From assembly GCA_002633005.1 (NCBI GenBank), contig NMRA01000202.1, positions 40,195 to 104,194 of the forward strand: a stretch of 64,000 nt of DNA, read 5' to 3'. Under the pieces are notes generated by a model. That model was not told the DNA's origin, made no database searches, and worked only from the letters and a program-made list of their open reading frames with translations. This DNA comes from Phoronis australis (taxonomy: Eukaryota > Animalia > Phoronida). The translations under genes were made by a program, and so were the position numbers. Of this stretch, positions 51,501 through 64,000 are shown one piece after another (the stretch's first letter is position 1; each line of letters starts with the position of its first letter).

Positions 51501-53013
51501 AACATGATCACAGGTATCTACGAGACAACGTATAATTCCATCTACATGAAGAGAAGAGGGTAGGGTTAGGATGAACACACAAGGATACCAACATCAACAC
51601 TAAGGTACGAATGAAACAGTTACCCAAAATATTTCACTGTTTGTCCTGCTCAACTTACAAAGAATTTTACCTTATTCCACTTGATTATTTTATTTGCTAA
51701 ACCTTCTCAACCAACCCTACGCCTATTTCTTAGTCTAACGCACTCCCAGAGATATCCCAGGGGTAGTCCATGTCTAAGGCAGCTCAAACTGTCAAGGCAA
51801 GAACCAGTGGACTCCAAAATACATCTCACACTCGTCAACGAGTTCAAAAAGCAAATTCTCTGAGATACTACAAGAAAGTGAACAAACAATTCTGGTGGTC
51901 AATGGTGAGGAATTGAATGGACGGGAAATTTGAATGTTGCCCTGAGCTTGGAATGTCTTAGACGACAACAAGTGACAAGGTAACATATTTGCTTTTGTGA
52001 GAGTCAGTCAACGACAATTCCACACGCTTTTGACATCAGTTCATACGGCTGTCAAGGAAATTATAAAAATAATTACATCACATTCGCCTCTAGACAAAAA
52101 ATTAAAGTAAACTCAAATAGTATGATTATAACACAAAATACTAAACACAAAACTTAAAATAGAAATGCCAATGCCAAAACCATGGGTAGAATCGCTGCTT
52201 CAGTATCCACACAGGGGTTTAAAGGCTTTTAAGTAGTCAAGAGTCATGCCCTGTTACGACATAATCTACTCTAAAACTTCTTGAATTTCAAAACAATTCG
52301 TTTCCACAAAATCGTAAAATCTGTGCATGCGCAAAAGCAACATCTTCAGTAGACAATCTACATTGTCTTGGTAAAGTTGTTAGCTGCTTCAAAAGCTAAT
52401 ATTCTTGCAAAATTAAGCAGGATCGACATGATTGCTGCAGATAAATTCAACAAATTGAACCTTACACAGAAATGCACAAGGGTCAGCCTAGTAAACAACT
52501 TATCTCACTGAAACTAAAGGTCAAAATCAAATTTTTTTAAAATTATTATATACGCTGCACGCAACAACACAAATCAGGTCAAATTGTAATAAAAGATAAC
52601 TCTTGAATAAACCACTAAATATCCACTAGGTGGCGCTAAATACCAAAAGACCTTGATCATTAGAATACACAGAACAGAGAGTGGGGAAGTACGAGTCCTG
52701 TGCATTGCTATAATATTCGGGGTCATAGTTTCGTTAGCGCAACCTCGAGAGTTTAGAGTACCACACTCTGTATCTGATTGTTGGCTTAAATATTCACCAG
52801 AAAATGTGAAAGATTGCAAGGTGATTGGTTGTCTGCACTGGGATGAATCACAGTTCTTTGAACGTTAGCGGCGAGACCACTTGGCCCTTTGAGCAAATAT
52901 GTCACTCCGTAAATTCTGTGCGAAACAAATACCCAATATCTGAAATAAAAGTTAAATAATAAGATAAAGTGGAATGAATGTTCATACCTGGTACAATTAC
53001 GTTGTACTGAAAC

Positions 53014-53130
53014 AATGATGATTACCTATAGGTGGCCTAGTTTTACTCGAGTACCCCGACGACGAGCACAACATGGGCTTGGAAGCTAAGTTCTCGAGTA
53101 AAACTAGGCCGCCGAAAGGTATTCATCATT
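53014..53130. repeat. Hairpin/mini-MITE with ~38-bp inverted arms
   Basis: aatgatgattacctataggtggcctagttttactcgag / ctcgagtaaaactaggccgccgaaaggtattcatcatt. Confidence 0.8.
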
Positions 53131-55200
53131 ATTTCCATTTACGTATTAAGCCGAACATATGACTTTGTATGGGATGTTGTACACCATTAAAGCCTAGATT
53201 CTTTCAAAAACTTCTAAAATAAAACGTATAGAGAATGATTATTTTTAAATAATGCCGACCATCTGTCAAACTTTAAAAAACATAATTGGTATTATTGAAA
53301 AAGAAATTCTGGTTAAAAATAATAACAAAATTCTTGGCATGCCACTGATTTGATTTGGTAGAGAGATAGAAAAACTTTGGTAATATTTGAGCAACAGATG
53401 AGCCAATAAATTTTTGTATAATTCCGCAGCGTCCTCACCAAGCTCCTCAAGCGTGGTGAGTCCCCATCTTCAAATTTTGAGCCCTTTCTCTCAAATTTTA
53501 ATTGTGCCAATTTTGACGTCAGAGTATTCTCATGGGACAGAATTTTAAGTAATCACTGTAACACAGTTACACTTTTCAATATAGTGCCAAGTGAAGCCAA
53601 AATCTCACCATTTTTAAAATTAACATTCTGCAACTTAAAGCAGTATCTCGCCATGTTTTGTTGGCTTTAAACGAAAGACAAACACTTAGATAAAACCAGT
53701 CTCTAATTACCATGAAAGGATTCTATTTCCGTCAGCGACTCCAGAAAATCCTTGCGATTAGTCAATCCTTAAATTGCATGAGCCCACTGACTGTGACTTG
53801 AGTTGGTAATGGAAATGGAATGCTATCACAGTAAGGAATGTTACGAGATCAAACTGACAAGTGTAAAAGGTTTAATGTGATTTTCATTCAATAGCCATCT
53901 AAACAGGGTGAAATGCACCTTTAAATATTCGAAAAAATTCTGACCAGTAATGCAGGACTAGGTGGCATTCCGTTCCTTGTTTCGACTAGGCTCACCTGTC
54001 GTACTGGTGAGAACACTGATTTAGGTAAACCAAATTTCAAACATTCGACACGCAACACTTTAACATCGAGAGCACTAAAGCGGCTGGCGCTTGATCAAAT
54101 TTCAAATTCTGTTGCGCAAGATGGACATGAGCTGACAAGGACAAAATGCAATTTCTTTCCTTCACGGACACTTTGAAACGAATATTTTTGCGTGATTTAT
54201 AAGAATATGGCACTTTAAAACAGTGTTAACTATAAAAATGCTGAGAAACCCACTGTCTTACGTGTCTAATAAAAACATTGAAAGGGAAGAACGACTTCGC
54301 AATCCTCATCTAGTGACAAGGCACCACTACATCTAAATCTATTTACATGGATTGGTTCAATCGGTAGTTGTCAAATCAATACAAAACCCAAGTCCCACCC
54401 ATACCCATATAGCATGCATTACTAGAATACTAGTGTGCCGTAAATCGACCAAAATAAGCGTACACGGCTCATTTTAGTTGCAAACTAAAAGACAAACCTG
54501 ATAAAAACCAACATATGTCGAGTGTACGTGACAAGTACTCAGAAATAAGATTAAAGAACTGAACAAATGGCTAAATCAAATGGATGTGATTTAGCTGCGA
54601 TGACGCTTTCCCATGCAAAAGCAAATTTACTTTCAATTGAATAATTTTATTAATTTCTACACATGCCCAAGGTATTTTATGCTTATTTCTATTTTAGACT
54701 CAGTAAAATGGATTTTGCGTAAAAAATAAAATATAAAAACAGCAAGTGAAATGAATAGTCACTTTAAACCACTCTTTCCTGTACTTTTGCCAGTTTAACA
54801 CAAAGAGTTTCATCAGCTGACCGACATCACTAAAATAGGAACATACAGTCCTCTAGGTATTTGCATAATTTACAGGCAATTCATGATGTGCCATTTTGTT
54901 CAGCACCAGAAAATCAAAAGCAAATTCCATTAATTATTTACATTTTGATTAGTTTGAAAACGTTTGTGAGTTGAAAGAACATCATTTGGGAATAGATTCA
55001 GGTTTGTGGACCTTTTATGGAGTTTTTAACTGCAACGAGTTGGAAAGAGTAACTTTAAAGCGTGTAACTAGGTTACAAGGCAGGGTGACATTTTTTTAAT
55101 TAAAACAGCATTATAAATGAGAAAAAATAGAGTGTGCTACAGCAATGTACTGTACAATACAGATACAATATGAAAGCAGACACTACACTCATTGTCTTAC

Positions 55201-55269
55201 TCAGTCACGTCGATTCATTTGGGCAAAAATTTGACCGCGAAGCGTCATGGCCATTCCAATGCCCGCAAT
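55201..55269 (-). CDS. Tetraspanin (TspanC8-like) last coding exon
   Basis: Acceptor gacaccag; reads IAGIGMAMTLRGQIFAQMNRRD*, completing TM4 in phase 0. Confidence 0.8.
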   Translation of the reverse strand: MAGIGMAMTLRGQIFAQMNRRD

Positions 55270-55946
55270 CTGGTGTCGCAGGGAAGAACAACGAGCAAGA
55301 TTACTGACCAGGGCAGGTCCATGAAATGTGGGGTTAAAAAGATTTCAGGTACAAGACAAAAGCTGTTCCCACACCATACGACAAATTCGAAGCTTAGGAA
55401 GCAAATTTTAATCTTTCAACAAGGCAGTGTTAACAGTTAGAGAGCCAAAGACTTTACACTCTGATAAACTTTTGACTGTGTCAATTTTTTGAAAATCTCT
55501 TTATTTGATACGAGCAGAATATAGCTGCGTTCCGAAGATCACGAAACACTAGCTTCGTCTCGCAGAGAAAAATCTTCACTTATATGACGAAAACGGCATT
55601 CAATTCCACAATTCAACATTCTAACTTCACTGACCAATCTCTTCAGTGGCCACTGTTTTGCTAGTATGCTACCGTAGCAAAACACTCACTTTTTCACTCA
55701 CATCATTTTGCAACGTCTTGCGAGATCTCGAGTTTCTTGCAAGAAACTGGGTCTACAGAATGTTCTCCAACATTCGCCTGAACAACAGTTTTTAAATAAA
55801 AGATGAACAAAAGGCATAAGTAGTAATTTTACAAACAACAACGCTATAAGCTCCGCAATTTGAACATACTGACATTATAGACCTGCCTTAGCTGTGCATG
55901 TATAGTTCATGAAAGGATCCAACGAGAGTGCAAGGGCCTAGCTTAC

Positions 55947-56054
55947 CTGTATCACCGCTATGCCCACGGCAACTCCTGCCACCGGTATTAGATTACTCTC
56001 TAACCATGCCATGCCTGCATCCAAACAGCCATCGCCATACACAACCTTTCCATC
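55947..56054 (-). CDS. Tetraspanin exon (end of EC2 and TM4)
   Basis: ttttttaccag|DGKVVYGDGCLDAGMAWLESNLIPVAGVAVGIAVIQ|gtaagc. Confidence 0.92.
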
Positions 56055-56390
56055 CTGGTAAAAAATGGTCACATTGACTATACACTGGTTATTCAACGGT
56101 TAATTTAACAAAGAAATACAAGTGAGATGCAAATTTGCCTTTGTTACAAAAATATGTCAATCAGTAAGTGAATGGCTTGCATGCCTTTGCTTCACACTGC
56201 TAACCAGGGGATGTAATCGTTCAGTGGCACAGGACACATATCAAAATATAACCCTTGTATTCCATGGCAAGTTGAACTATGAACTGAGTACAGTTTACTA
56301 AGATGCTGAGAGAATGCAGTACTGTGGTTGAGAACAATGATAACCTTGACTAAAACATTTATTCAACATCAAACCTCATTTCCTTTTGTT

Positions 56391-56980
56391 AAGTTGCCAC
56401 CTTTATGCAAAGAATTATAAGGTAAACTGATACAGCCCATAAGTTGCCCTCTTTATGCAAAGAATTATAAAGCAAGATGATACAGCCCATAAGTTGCCCT
56501 CTTTATGCAAATTGTAAAGCAAACTGATATAGCCCATATGTTGCCCTCTTTATGCAAAGAATTATAAAATAAACTGATAGGGCCCATCAGTTGCCACCTT
56601 CATGCAAAGAATTATAAAGCAAGATGATATAGCCCACAAGTTGCCCTCTTTATGCAAAGAATTATAAAGCAAGATGATATAGCCCATAAGTTGCCCTCTT
56701 TATGCAAAGAATTATAAAGTAAACTGATACAGCCCATCAATTGCCACCTTTATGCAAAGAATTATAAAGCAAGATGATATAGCCCATAAGTTGCCCCCTT
56801 TATGCAAAGAATTATAAGGTAAACTGATACAGCCCATCAGTTGCCACCTTTATGCAAAGAATTATAAGGTAAACTGATAGAGCCCATAAGTTGCCCTCTT
56901 TACGCAAAGAATTATAAAGCACGCTGATACAGCCCATAAGTTGCCCTCTTTAAGCAAAGAAATGTAAAGTAAACTGATAC
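56391..56980 (+). repeat. 50-bp minisatellite (about 12 copies), intronic
   Basis: Unit aagttgccctctttatgcaaagaattataaagcaagatgatacagcccat with alternating variants. Confidence 0.95.
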
Positions 56981-57946
56981 GGATTGTAAGTGAATGCAGG
57001 AGATCTTGGGCTGTACATTGACTGGATTATCAAAAGAATTCTAAGTAAAGTACTGATAATTACAAAGGCACTTGTACTGGAATGTTATGCACAAGGAATT
57101 ATGCAGCAGAAAATTGTTACCTTAATGGTAACAAATTTCATGCATTTAGGCTTGTGTGCCAACACTTAAAAGAAAATGTTCTCTTTCAAAATATCACTTA
57201 GCCCATTGGTGCATGTGCCTAAACTTCACTAATAAACACAGTCAGGCATCCCTTAAACAGGCACAGTAATGTCTCTGATTAAATGTTTTTGTACACTTTA
57301 TCAGTTTTTAGTACTTTCAAACAGTCACTTAATTTTTAAACTAAAAATGTTAACTTTTCACTAAGAATGATAATTTTCAGCAGCTTCATATAACGTAAAT
57401 GTCAATTTAACTAAACTTCTTCCTCGATTTATACTTAAGTTTTACATGGGTCTAAATTTAAATACAGGCACAACTTTGCCAACAGGTGCATGGAGCTAAT
57501 TAATGCACACTTCATAAAAGATTTGAGAATGAATTCAATTTGGAACATTATTAAGTGACGATTTGATCAAAGTGACTTTTTGCTACTCAAGGAGTTCACA
57601 TACGGAAACAGTTTGGGAAGACTCCTGCACAGAATTTTGCGCAAATGTGCCTTAATGAGCTGTTATCACATTTGAGCTGAGTACTTCACAAAACCCACAA
57701 TTCACATAAATCAGACAACAGTGCATCATCAAAGCTGCATAACAGTAAAACGAGATACATGCCTTCTGTCACAACAATCATTTGAGCCACTCACACTGAT
57801 TATAAAACGTGCCACAATTTATTCCTCCCTCGGGTTAGATGTCATTTCTGGGTTTGGGAAGAACTGACAGCAAGTGCCTTAAATCAAAAGTTAGTGTTGT
57901 GACAGAAGGCAGATTTATTGGATGATATGAAGTGCTTAGTACTTAC

Positions 57947-58012
57947 AGCTGTACCGCTGCTGCGTGTATCATAACCGCACTGCTTGTTTATTATATAATC
58001 TGATGGCACGGG
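57947..58012 (-). CDS. Tetraspanin exon (EC2)
   Basis: tattttcag|PVPSDYIINKQCGYDTRSSGTA|gtaagt; the NxQCGY motif is typical of TspanC8 proteins. Confidence 0.92.
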
Positions 58013-58699
58013 CTGAAAATACAGGTCACGTTACATCAATATGAACAATTGTATATTTCACAAACATCAATAAGTAACAGGCACTTGTCTAAGCCTTAAT
58101 GGCAACAACCAATATGTTTGCACACACTATCACAAGCTACAAAGACTTCAAATAATTGACAGATCAATTGAAGAGTGGCGGGAGCAGAAATTTGTCTGGC
58201 AATTATCAGTTAATTGGCCCCTATTTGTTAGTTTTTGTCAAGACTTTAGCAGAAATAGACAAATTGGTGAAAATGAATGAGTTCAAAGCGATTTTGATGT
58301 CCGTCAGGGAAATAATCTTTGAATTATTGAAGACCAACATCACAGCTGCTGCAGACATAGATTATAGACAACATTTTCTTGCGCACTATCCTAGAGGAGG
58401 CGCCACTCTCCTAAATTACCTATTTCAGTTTCCGGTTAGTGTATTGTGCCGGGAAATTCTTGCATCTATTTTACTGTTCAGTATGACAAAAAATTAAATT
58501 TGACATTGAAATGTTGTTCAAAGTCTTCCAATAATAGAACTGTTGGTATTGTGAGTACTGTTGGCACCCGACCACACAACAGTCGACCACGATTAGCAGA
58601 CAGTGTACTTGCCGGAAGTAAAACTTGCTAATTTTGCCAGGTGTTGAAAGTGAATAATGACGTCATGGCTTATGCGTAAGATCATAGATTTCGTCCATT

Positions 58700-60870
58700 G
58701 AAAATATACGGAGTTGGTGGTCCATGTACCATAGTCTATGATGCAGACAAGTATTTTACAAGAGCAATGCGGAGCGCTGAAATGCGCCCACAAATGCACC
58801 ACAAATGGTGTGCTTCTAAGTGTTTATGTTTGTACCATATAAATGGCCACTAGATGGCGCAAAATATGTTGAATCCATTCGAAAATGGGAAAATGTCATT
58901 GTTACCTTAATAGAAAGCTATTAACCAAATTTCATAAAAACCCACCACGCAACTTAGGAGAAACAGAGGAAAACAGAAAAAAAATGAAATTGCCATTAGA
59001 GGCACAGCGTTCGTCCGGTTTGTCTGAAAGTTTTCGTCATCTGTTGTCAATTGTCAGAATATATATTGATTAAGTAATTAGTAAGAATAGATCCATTTTA
59101 AGTTGCCCAAAATTTGTGCATATGTACTTTTAAATCATGGGATCAGACTTGTTGACATGTATTATAATGACAAAATCTATTTTTAGATGGTGTTTACAAC
59201 TTTGGGTTCTGGGGTCAAAGATTCTAGAATATTCTGAGAACAAATTTAACAGCCAATAATGCGAGTGGATGCGATCATGTGGTTTTTATTAGCCAATCAC
59301 TAAATAAGTAGAATGTTATATTATGGGCTGAAATCAACTTAGATGAGCTATAGTAGTTGAAGCATAAAGACTTGCTACAGTGTACAGAGGAAATTGTACG
59401 ACAGAGCCATCTTGTGGAAGATTCTAGAAAGGATCTTGGGAAGGGCAAGGGTTAACGAACAGGAAGTTAACTAAGAGCTTGTCACTTGCATCGTGGGTAG
59501 TAAGATACTACCTGAAGTGTTGCGTCATCAGCCAGAGACTGTCTGCAAGTGTTGCATCACCAGAGACGGTGACCAGCAAGTACACTGTCGCTATACAGTG
59601 TGTGTAGTTTGAAGATTCACCAACAGGACAGACATCCAACAAGTGGATAGTCCTAGCTTGGATAGCAGATAAGACATTTGATTATTTTGGTTGATTGATT
59701 AAAGTAATCTTTAAAGAGGGCGCTAGCGTAGTTACTCTTTGTAGTTGATTACATAATTAACAATAGGTTTCATTTGTCTAATTAGGGGTTATCATATAAT
59801 AAATTAATTACTGGATTTGATTATTCACTCACCATCAATGCACAATCTCAAAGCATAGCTACCTTTTAAACAAACCCACAGTCAAAACTCTGACATCAAT
59901 ACACATGCGAAATTTCACAAAGATCCTGCAGTGGGTTTAGCAGATATAGCCATGGGCCCAAAAATGTGACTAAGTGGTGCCACAGCAGTCAAAGTCGTCA
60001 GAAAATCATCGTCAGATGTCCTCTTCACAATAAGAATATATATGCCAATTTACACAATCATCCCTAGAGTGGTTTGGTTGAGAGACGGGTGGACACCAAA
60101 AACAGACTAGAAAATGGTAAAAATGGCCACTAGATGGGGCAAAATACATCGAACTCATACGAAAATGGGAACATTTCATTGTTTCGTTAATAAAAAGCTA
60201 TTTATTAATTTCATACAAAATCCATCAAGGAACCTCAGAGAAAGGAAAACCAAAAAAATGAAATCCCCACTAGAGGGCATAGAGTTTGGCAGATCCGTCT
60301 GAAAGTTGATGTTATCTGTCGTCAACTTAATATAAATACACTTACAAATTAAATCTAGTAAAGATCCTGGAGTGGGTTGAGGAGATACAGCTGTGGTCGC
60401 AAAAAAACAAAACAGCTGCTAGGATGCACCACAGTCGTCGAAGTCAGCGGAAAATCATTGTCAACATATATGCCAATTTTGACAATCATCCTTAGAGTGG
60501 TTTGGTTGATAGAGGGCCGAATGCCAAAAAAACAGACTCGAAAACATTAAATATGGCTACTAGGTGGTGCAAAATACCTCGAATCCATCCGAAAACGGGA
60601 GGATAGCGTCAAGTCACTAATTGATGCCTATGTGCCAAATTTCATGAAAATCCATAGAGCACCTTTAAAGATACAGAGGTAAACGTAAAAAAATAAAATT
60701 GCCACTAGAGGGCACACTGGTAATCGAGTAAGTCTGAAATTAGTTGTCATCCATAGCCAGCTTCATAGGAACACATTTGCCAAATCTCATCAAGATTCTG
60801 TGAGGGATTTAGGAGACACAGCTGCGGACGCTGGATACCCAAACAGAGATAATGGAAACATGCACCCACA
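58700..60870 (+). repeat. ~430-bp degenerate tandem repeat (3 units) with CTCF-like motifs, interrupted by a solo LTR
   Basis: Homologous blocks at 58847, 60127 and 60557; spacing is 431 bp after removing the LTR, then 430 bp. Confidence 0.8.
59052..59895 (+). mobile_element. Solo LTR
   Basis: TGTCAGA...TCTGACA termini, 5-bp TSD TCAAT (59047-59051, 59896-59900), internal CCAAT and AATAAA. The host repeat resumes after it. Confidence 0.85.
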
Positions 60871-60976
60871 TAAACATATGTGGGCGCAGAAAAATGACAC
60901 TTGCTTATTATATGTATACATTCAATTCTAGAGAAAACTAGACAAAGCATGACACAGATACTGCCAAAATACGAAC

Positions 60977-61093
60977 ATCGGGTCGCTTGCAACAAGAGAA
61001 TGGAACTCCACATTTCTCCCTGGCCCTAGACGAACAGTTGAAGTAAGCATTGCCATCCCAGTCGGCAGGTCCATTGACACCACAGCAGCGCAA
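60977..61093 (-). CDS. Tetraspanin exon (CCG motif, EC2)
   Basis: ctcttgtag|LRCCGVNGPADWDGNAYFNCSSRAREKCGVPFSCCKRPD|gttcgt. Confidence 0.95.
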
Positions 61094-61924
61094 CTACAAG
61101 AGAAAGTTGATCACATCCATGCACAAAACAATATTAAATTAAGTCAGTTTTATCTCATCTGTGAGAAAATACCGATATCGTATATGTCACATTATCAACT
61201 ATGAAATACAGGAACGTAGAGTCAATTCGTACACCACACTAGAGGCCATATACAATGGTAGAAGCCGTATTTCACGGTTGTTGAGCAGCCTCCTGGTGGA
61301 ATATATTCGCATGTTCAGCAGAAAATTTGATTGAGGTCGTTCATTTGGGTTACCAAAATCATTAACCCACTGAAAACAGAAAAATTTTCCGATGAAAATT
61401 CCGACAGCTATTTTTGGGCCTAACTGAAGTTTCAATCTGGGTCATCATAAACAGGTCAAGCTAAATAGCTTCCCCGGCCACCAAAATCAGCCAAAAATCT
61501 AATTCAAATCCAACGAAAACGCTTCATTATGGATGCATACAATATGTATACACTAAGATCTAAAGTCTCTACAGGAAATTGCGACCTAATATCGAATGTG
61601 TTATTTGCAGAGATAACCGTCTGCTAGCAGTGTTCCTCAACTCTTCTTCCCTGCCAGTTGTCACGGTAGTGTAAAATCCTGTTTTTTTGCAATACAGTCC
61701 TTACTTCAAGTTCTGTAAATCAGTGCTTTAGCAGTTTCCACCGTTATTTCTCAATGCTGTGATCAACACGGGGAACTATTTCTATTTCTATTACTATTCA
61801 TAGTCCAGAAGCTAAGACACGAAAATAGACCAACAAAACTGAGAAATTCACCGAAGCTAAAACGGCGCACTGCTGTACAACTCTTCAGGGAATCTTTCAA
61901 CTCATAGATTCCAGAATCGGATCG

Positions 61925-62040
61925 TTTCTTAGTTTCCGACAAACTTTTGATATTATTGAATGGTTCAGTGCTTTAACTTGCTTGTTTCTTAGTTTCCGAC
62001 AAACTTTTGATATTATTGAATGGTTCAGTGCTTTAACTTG
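61925..62040 (+). repeat. 60-bp-period tandem duplication
   Basis: tttcttagtttccgac...gctttaacttg occurs twice. Confidence 0.9.
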
Positions 62041-62231
62041 TATATTTCAGTAACTGAAAGTTCTTAATCAATTTATTATGAAATAAACTTTACTGGTTAT
62101 TGGCCACTTTCAAAGATAATCTAGTCACTTAACCTGCTTGGGGACCGTACTTGGCATACATATGGCGTCATATAACCACAAGCCGGACCACACGGAAACA
62201 AGATATTGCCACGATGATGCAAATAAGATCA

Positions 62232-62259
62232 CATACATGCATGCATGCATGCATGCATG

Positions 62260-62293
<34 letters not shown>

Positions 62294-62294
62294 T
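62232..62294. repeat. (CATG)n(CATA)n microsatellite
   Basis: Direct reading of the sequence. Confidence 0.95.
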
Positions 62295-62301
62295 GGGATA
62301 A

Positions 62302-62455
62302 ATAGGTCATCCTACATACATAGGAATACTACTGCAAGCTCATTTCATCTGGGAATGTCCTAACTTGATCCTCAGTCTCATTGGGACATTCCCAGATGAA
62401 AGGGATTCTCAATAGGATTTGGCAGTAGTATTCCTGTGTATGTGGGATGACCTAT
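62302..62455. repeat. Two-tier hairpin (MITE-like)
   Basis: Outer arms ataggtcatcctacatacataggaatactactgc / gcagtagtattcctgtgtatgtgggatgacctat; inner arms tttcatctgggaatgtcc / ggacattcccagatgaaa. Confidence 0.8.
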
Positions 62456-63459
62456 ATGTATTTTTGATTTTCAATGTTACTGTCGTATTCATTGATTTGT
62501 TTAATATTTTCACATAAAATATAAGTGAAATAAACTGATAAGACTCTGTTTAAATTATTTTACTACCGAGCAGTATATGCCAATAGTTAGATCCATAAGC
62601 CTGCACTTGGATTAATAAGTATATTTCAAAATGAAATTTCAGTTCAAGTGGCTCAAATGCAGGAGCAAGTGCCTCAGCATATCCTCTTGTACTAAGCGGG
62701 ATGACCGAAAGGATGGGGATGATGAGGTAATGCACGGATGTGTCAAGTCAACTTTAAGACTCGTTTCAAGCAATAACAAACATTCAGTTTTTCACGTGCC
62801 CACAAATCAATTTCACAGACCGTTCACGCAATCATTATTTTAAGCAGAGCCTCTTTTTAGGATTGAAAAACAGAGCAATATAACGATAAAAGAGGCACGA
62901 GAAAAAAATCATGTTTTGCACTGTGATTAAGTGCGGATTGCATTGTTTTTTAAACCCGAAAATGAAGCTCTTTGTAACATGGCGACTGCGTGAATAAGGT
63001 GCATTCTGGGTAAGGAAGAGGTTGGCACCAGTCTTATGACAGTAAGTGGTCTAAATCAAACATTAGTTCATGGCAGAGTGCTGGTTCACAGCACACTTTT
63101 AAAATTTGCTCCTTGGTGAGTTTTCAATAATGTGCCCCGTAAAATACAGATGTACAGGCCTGACTACGCACAAGCATGGGGCATACTGAATAAATTACAA
63201 ATTTCAGAACCACAGCTTGACACATCCTTCAACATGCCCCACAACAGAAGGCAATATTAGTTAAACAGATAAGGTCAGGTGTAACACCCTAGGAGATTTA
63301 GTGGAGTGTGGCACCATATTACAGATCTGAATGGCTGAGTGCATTAACCACAAGACCCAATCTACATGTGAATCTAACTTATGCAGATCTAACTGCATAT
63401 CCACCACTCCCTTCTACGCTAATGTCAAGCATTTCTCTTTTGAGCTGGTCTTACCCAGC

Positions 63460-63680
63460 ACCGTCAACATGGCTACAAGACAGCTATGACTCAGCAGTGT
63501 TTAGTCTTCTATGTACATCAGATCATGATTTTTCTACAGAAAATGTGGCAATGCTGGACATTGAGGAGGGCTGGTTTTCCCCGTCGTATTAGAGAGGCAA
63601 TTTATGAGAGGCACGAGTCCCTTAGCCTGGACAGACAGAGAAGATTAAGGCATATCTTATCAGTTGTTTGGAACTGAGCA
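63460..63680 (+). mobile_element. Penelope-like element remnant (C-terminal part of the GIY-YIG endonuclease), intronic
   Basis: DSAVFSLLCTSDHDFSTENVAMLDIEEGWF, then after a frameshift RRIREAIYERHESLSLDRQRRLRHILSVVWN; matches the Penelope pattern SAV..H...H.F..V.ILD.E..WF.R...EAIY...SLNR. Confidence 0.75.
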
Positions 63681-63854
63681 ATACGTAATCAGCACAGAAA
63701 TTTTCAGGACAACACCAATGACGAAGATTTCCGACAGGGTCACCACCCCAATCAATTGGCATTTGATCAGCAGAAGTCTTTGTGATGGGGCACTACATCA
63801 TCATCATCAAAACCAGTAGATTCAGCATTAGATTCCTTCTCATTATATTCTTAC

Positions 63855-63953
63855 CCAGTCAGCCTGTATCCAGTCTATCAGATTCTGCAGATCAGGGTCG
63901 TCGCGGTAATTTTTGATGAACTCCAACAGTTTGATCTTGATTTGATCGTGGAA
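63855..63953 (-). CDS. Tetraspanin exon (start of EC2), TspanC8 subfamily (TSPAN5/14/17/33-like)
   Basis: ctattttgcag|FHDQIKIKLLEFIKNYRDDPDLQNLIDWIQADW|gtaag; YRDDxDLQNLID is diagnostic. Upstream exons lie beyond the window. Confidence 0.95.
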
Positions 63954-64000
63954 CTGCAAAATAGATCACATTCTTCACTTAGAAAAGGCCAGATCAAAGG

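Overview
AT-rich, repeat-rich eukaryotic (probably marine invertebrate) genomic DNA from a heterozygous draft assembly. Single-N joins occur at 4755, 11724, 15028, 22986 and 35989, with a gap at 18675-19541. Protein-coding content: five 3' coding exons of a minus-strand TspanC8-type tetraspanin (63953 down to the stop at 55201), and a convergent plus-strand gene for a large low-complexity protein with a ~4.2 kb coding exon (39830-44032) spliced in frame to 44412-44873. Mobile DNA: an internally deleted Kolobok transposon (TTAA TSD, TIRs of at least 152 bp, THAP/transposase and convergent KolX remnants), a second THAP remnant, the 3' end of a polymorphic non-LTR retrotransposon, a solo LTR, a Penelope remnant and several MITEs. 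Unusual non-coding structure: (i) a ~1.9 kb imperfect palindrome capped by two small hairpins, whose arm mismatches mostly form G-U pairs on the minus strand, with a paralogue whose arms co-vary; (ii) a series of duplicated minus-strand acceptor/mini-exon modules suggesting a spliced non-coding host transcript; (iii) a 26-bp CCAAT-box satellite with a 182-bp higher-order repeat; (iv) a 430-bp intronic tandem repeat carrying co-oriented CTCF-like motifs. All alignments and counts were done by eye.
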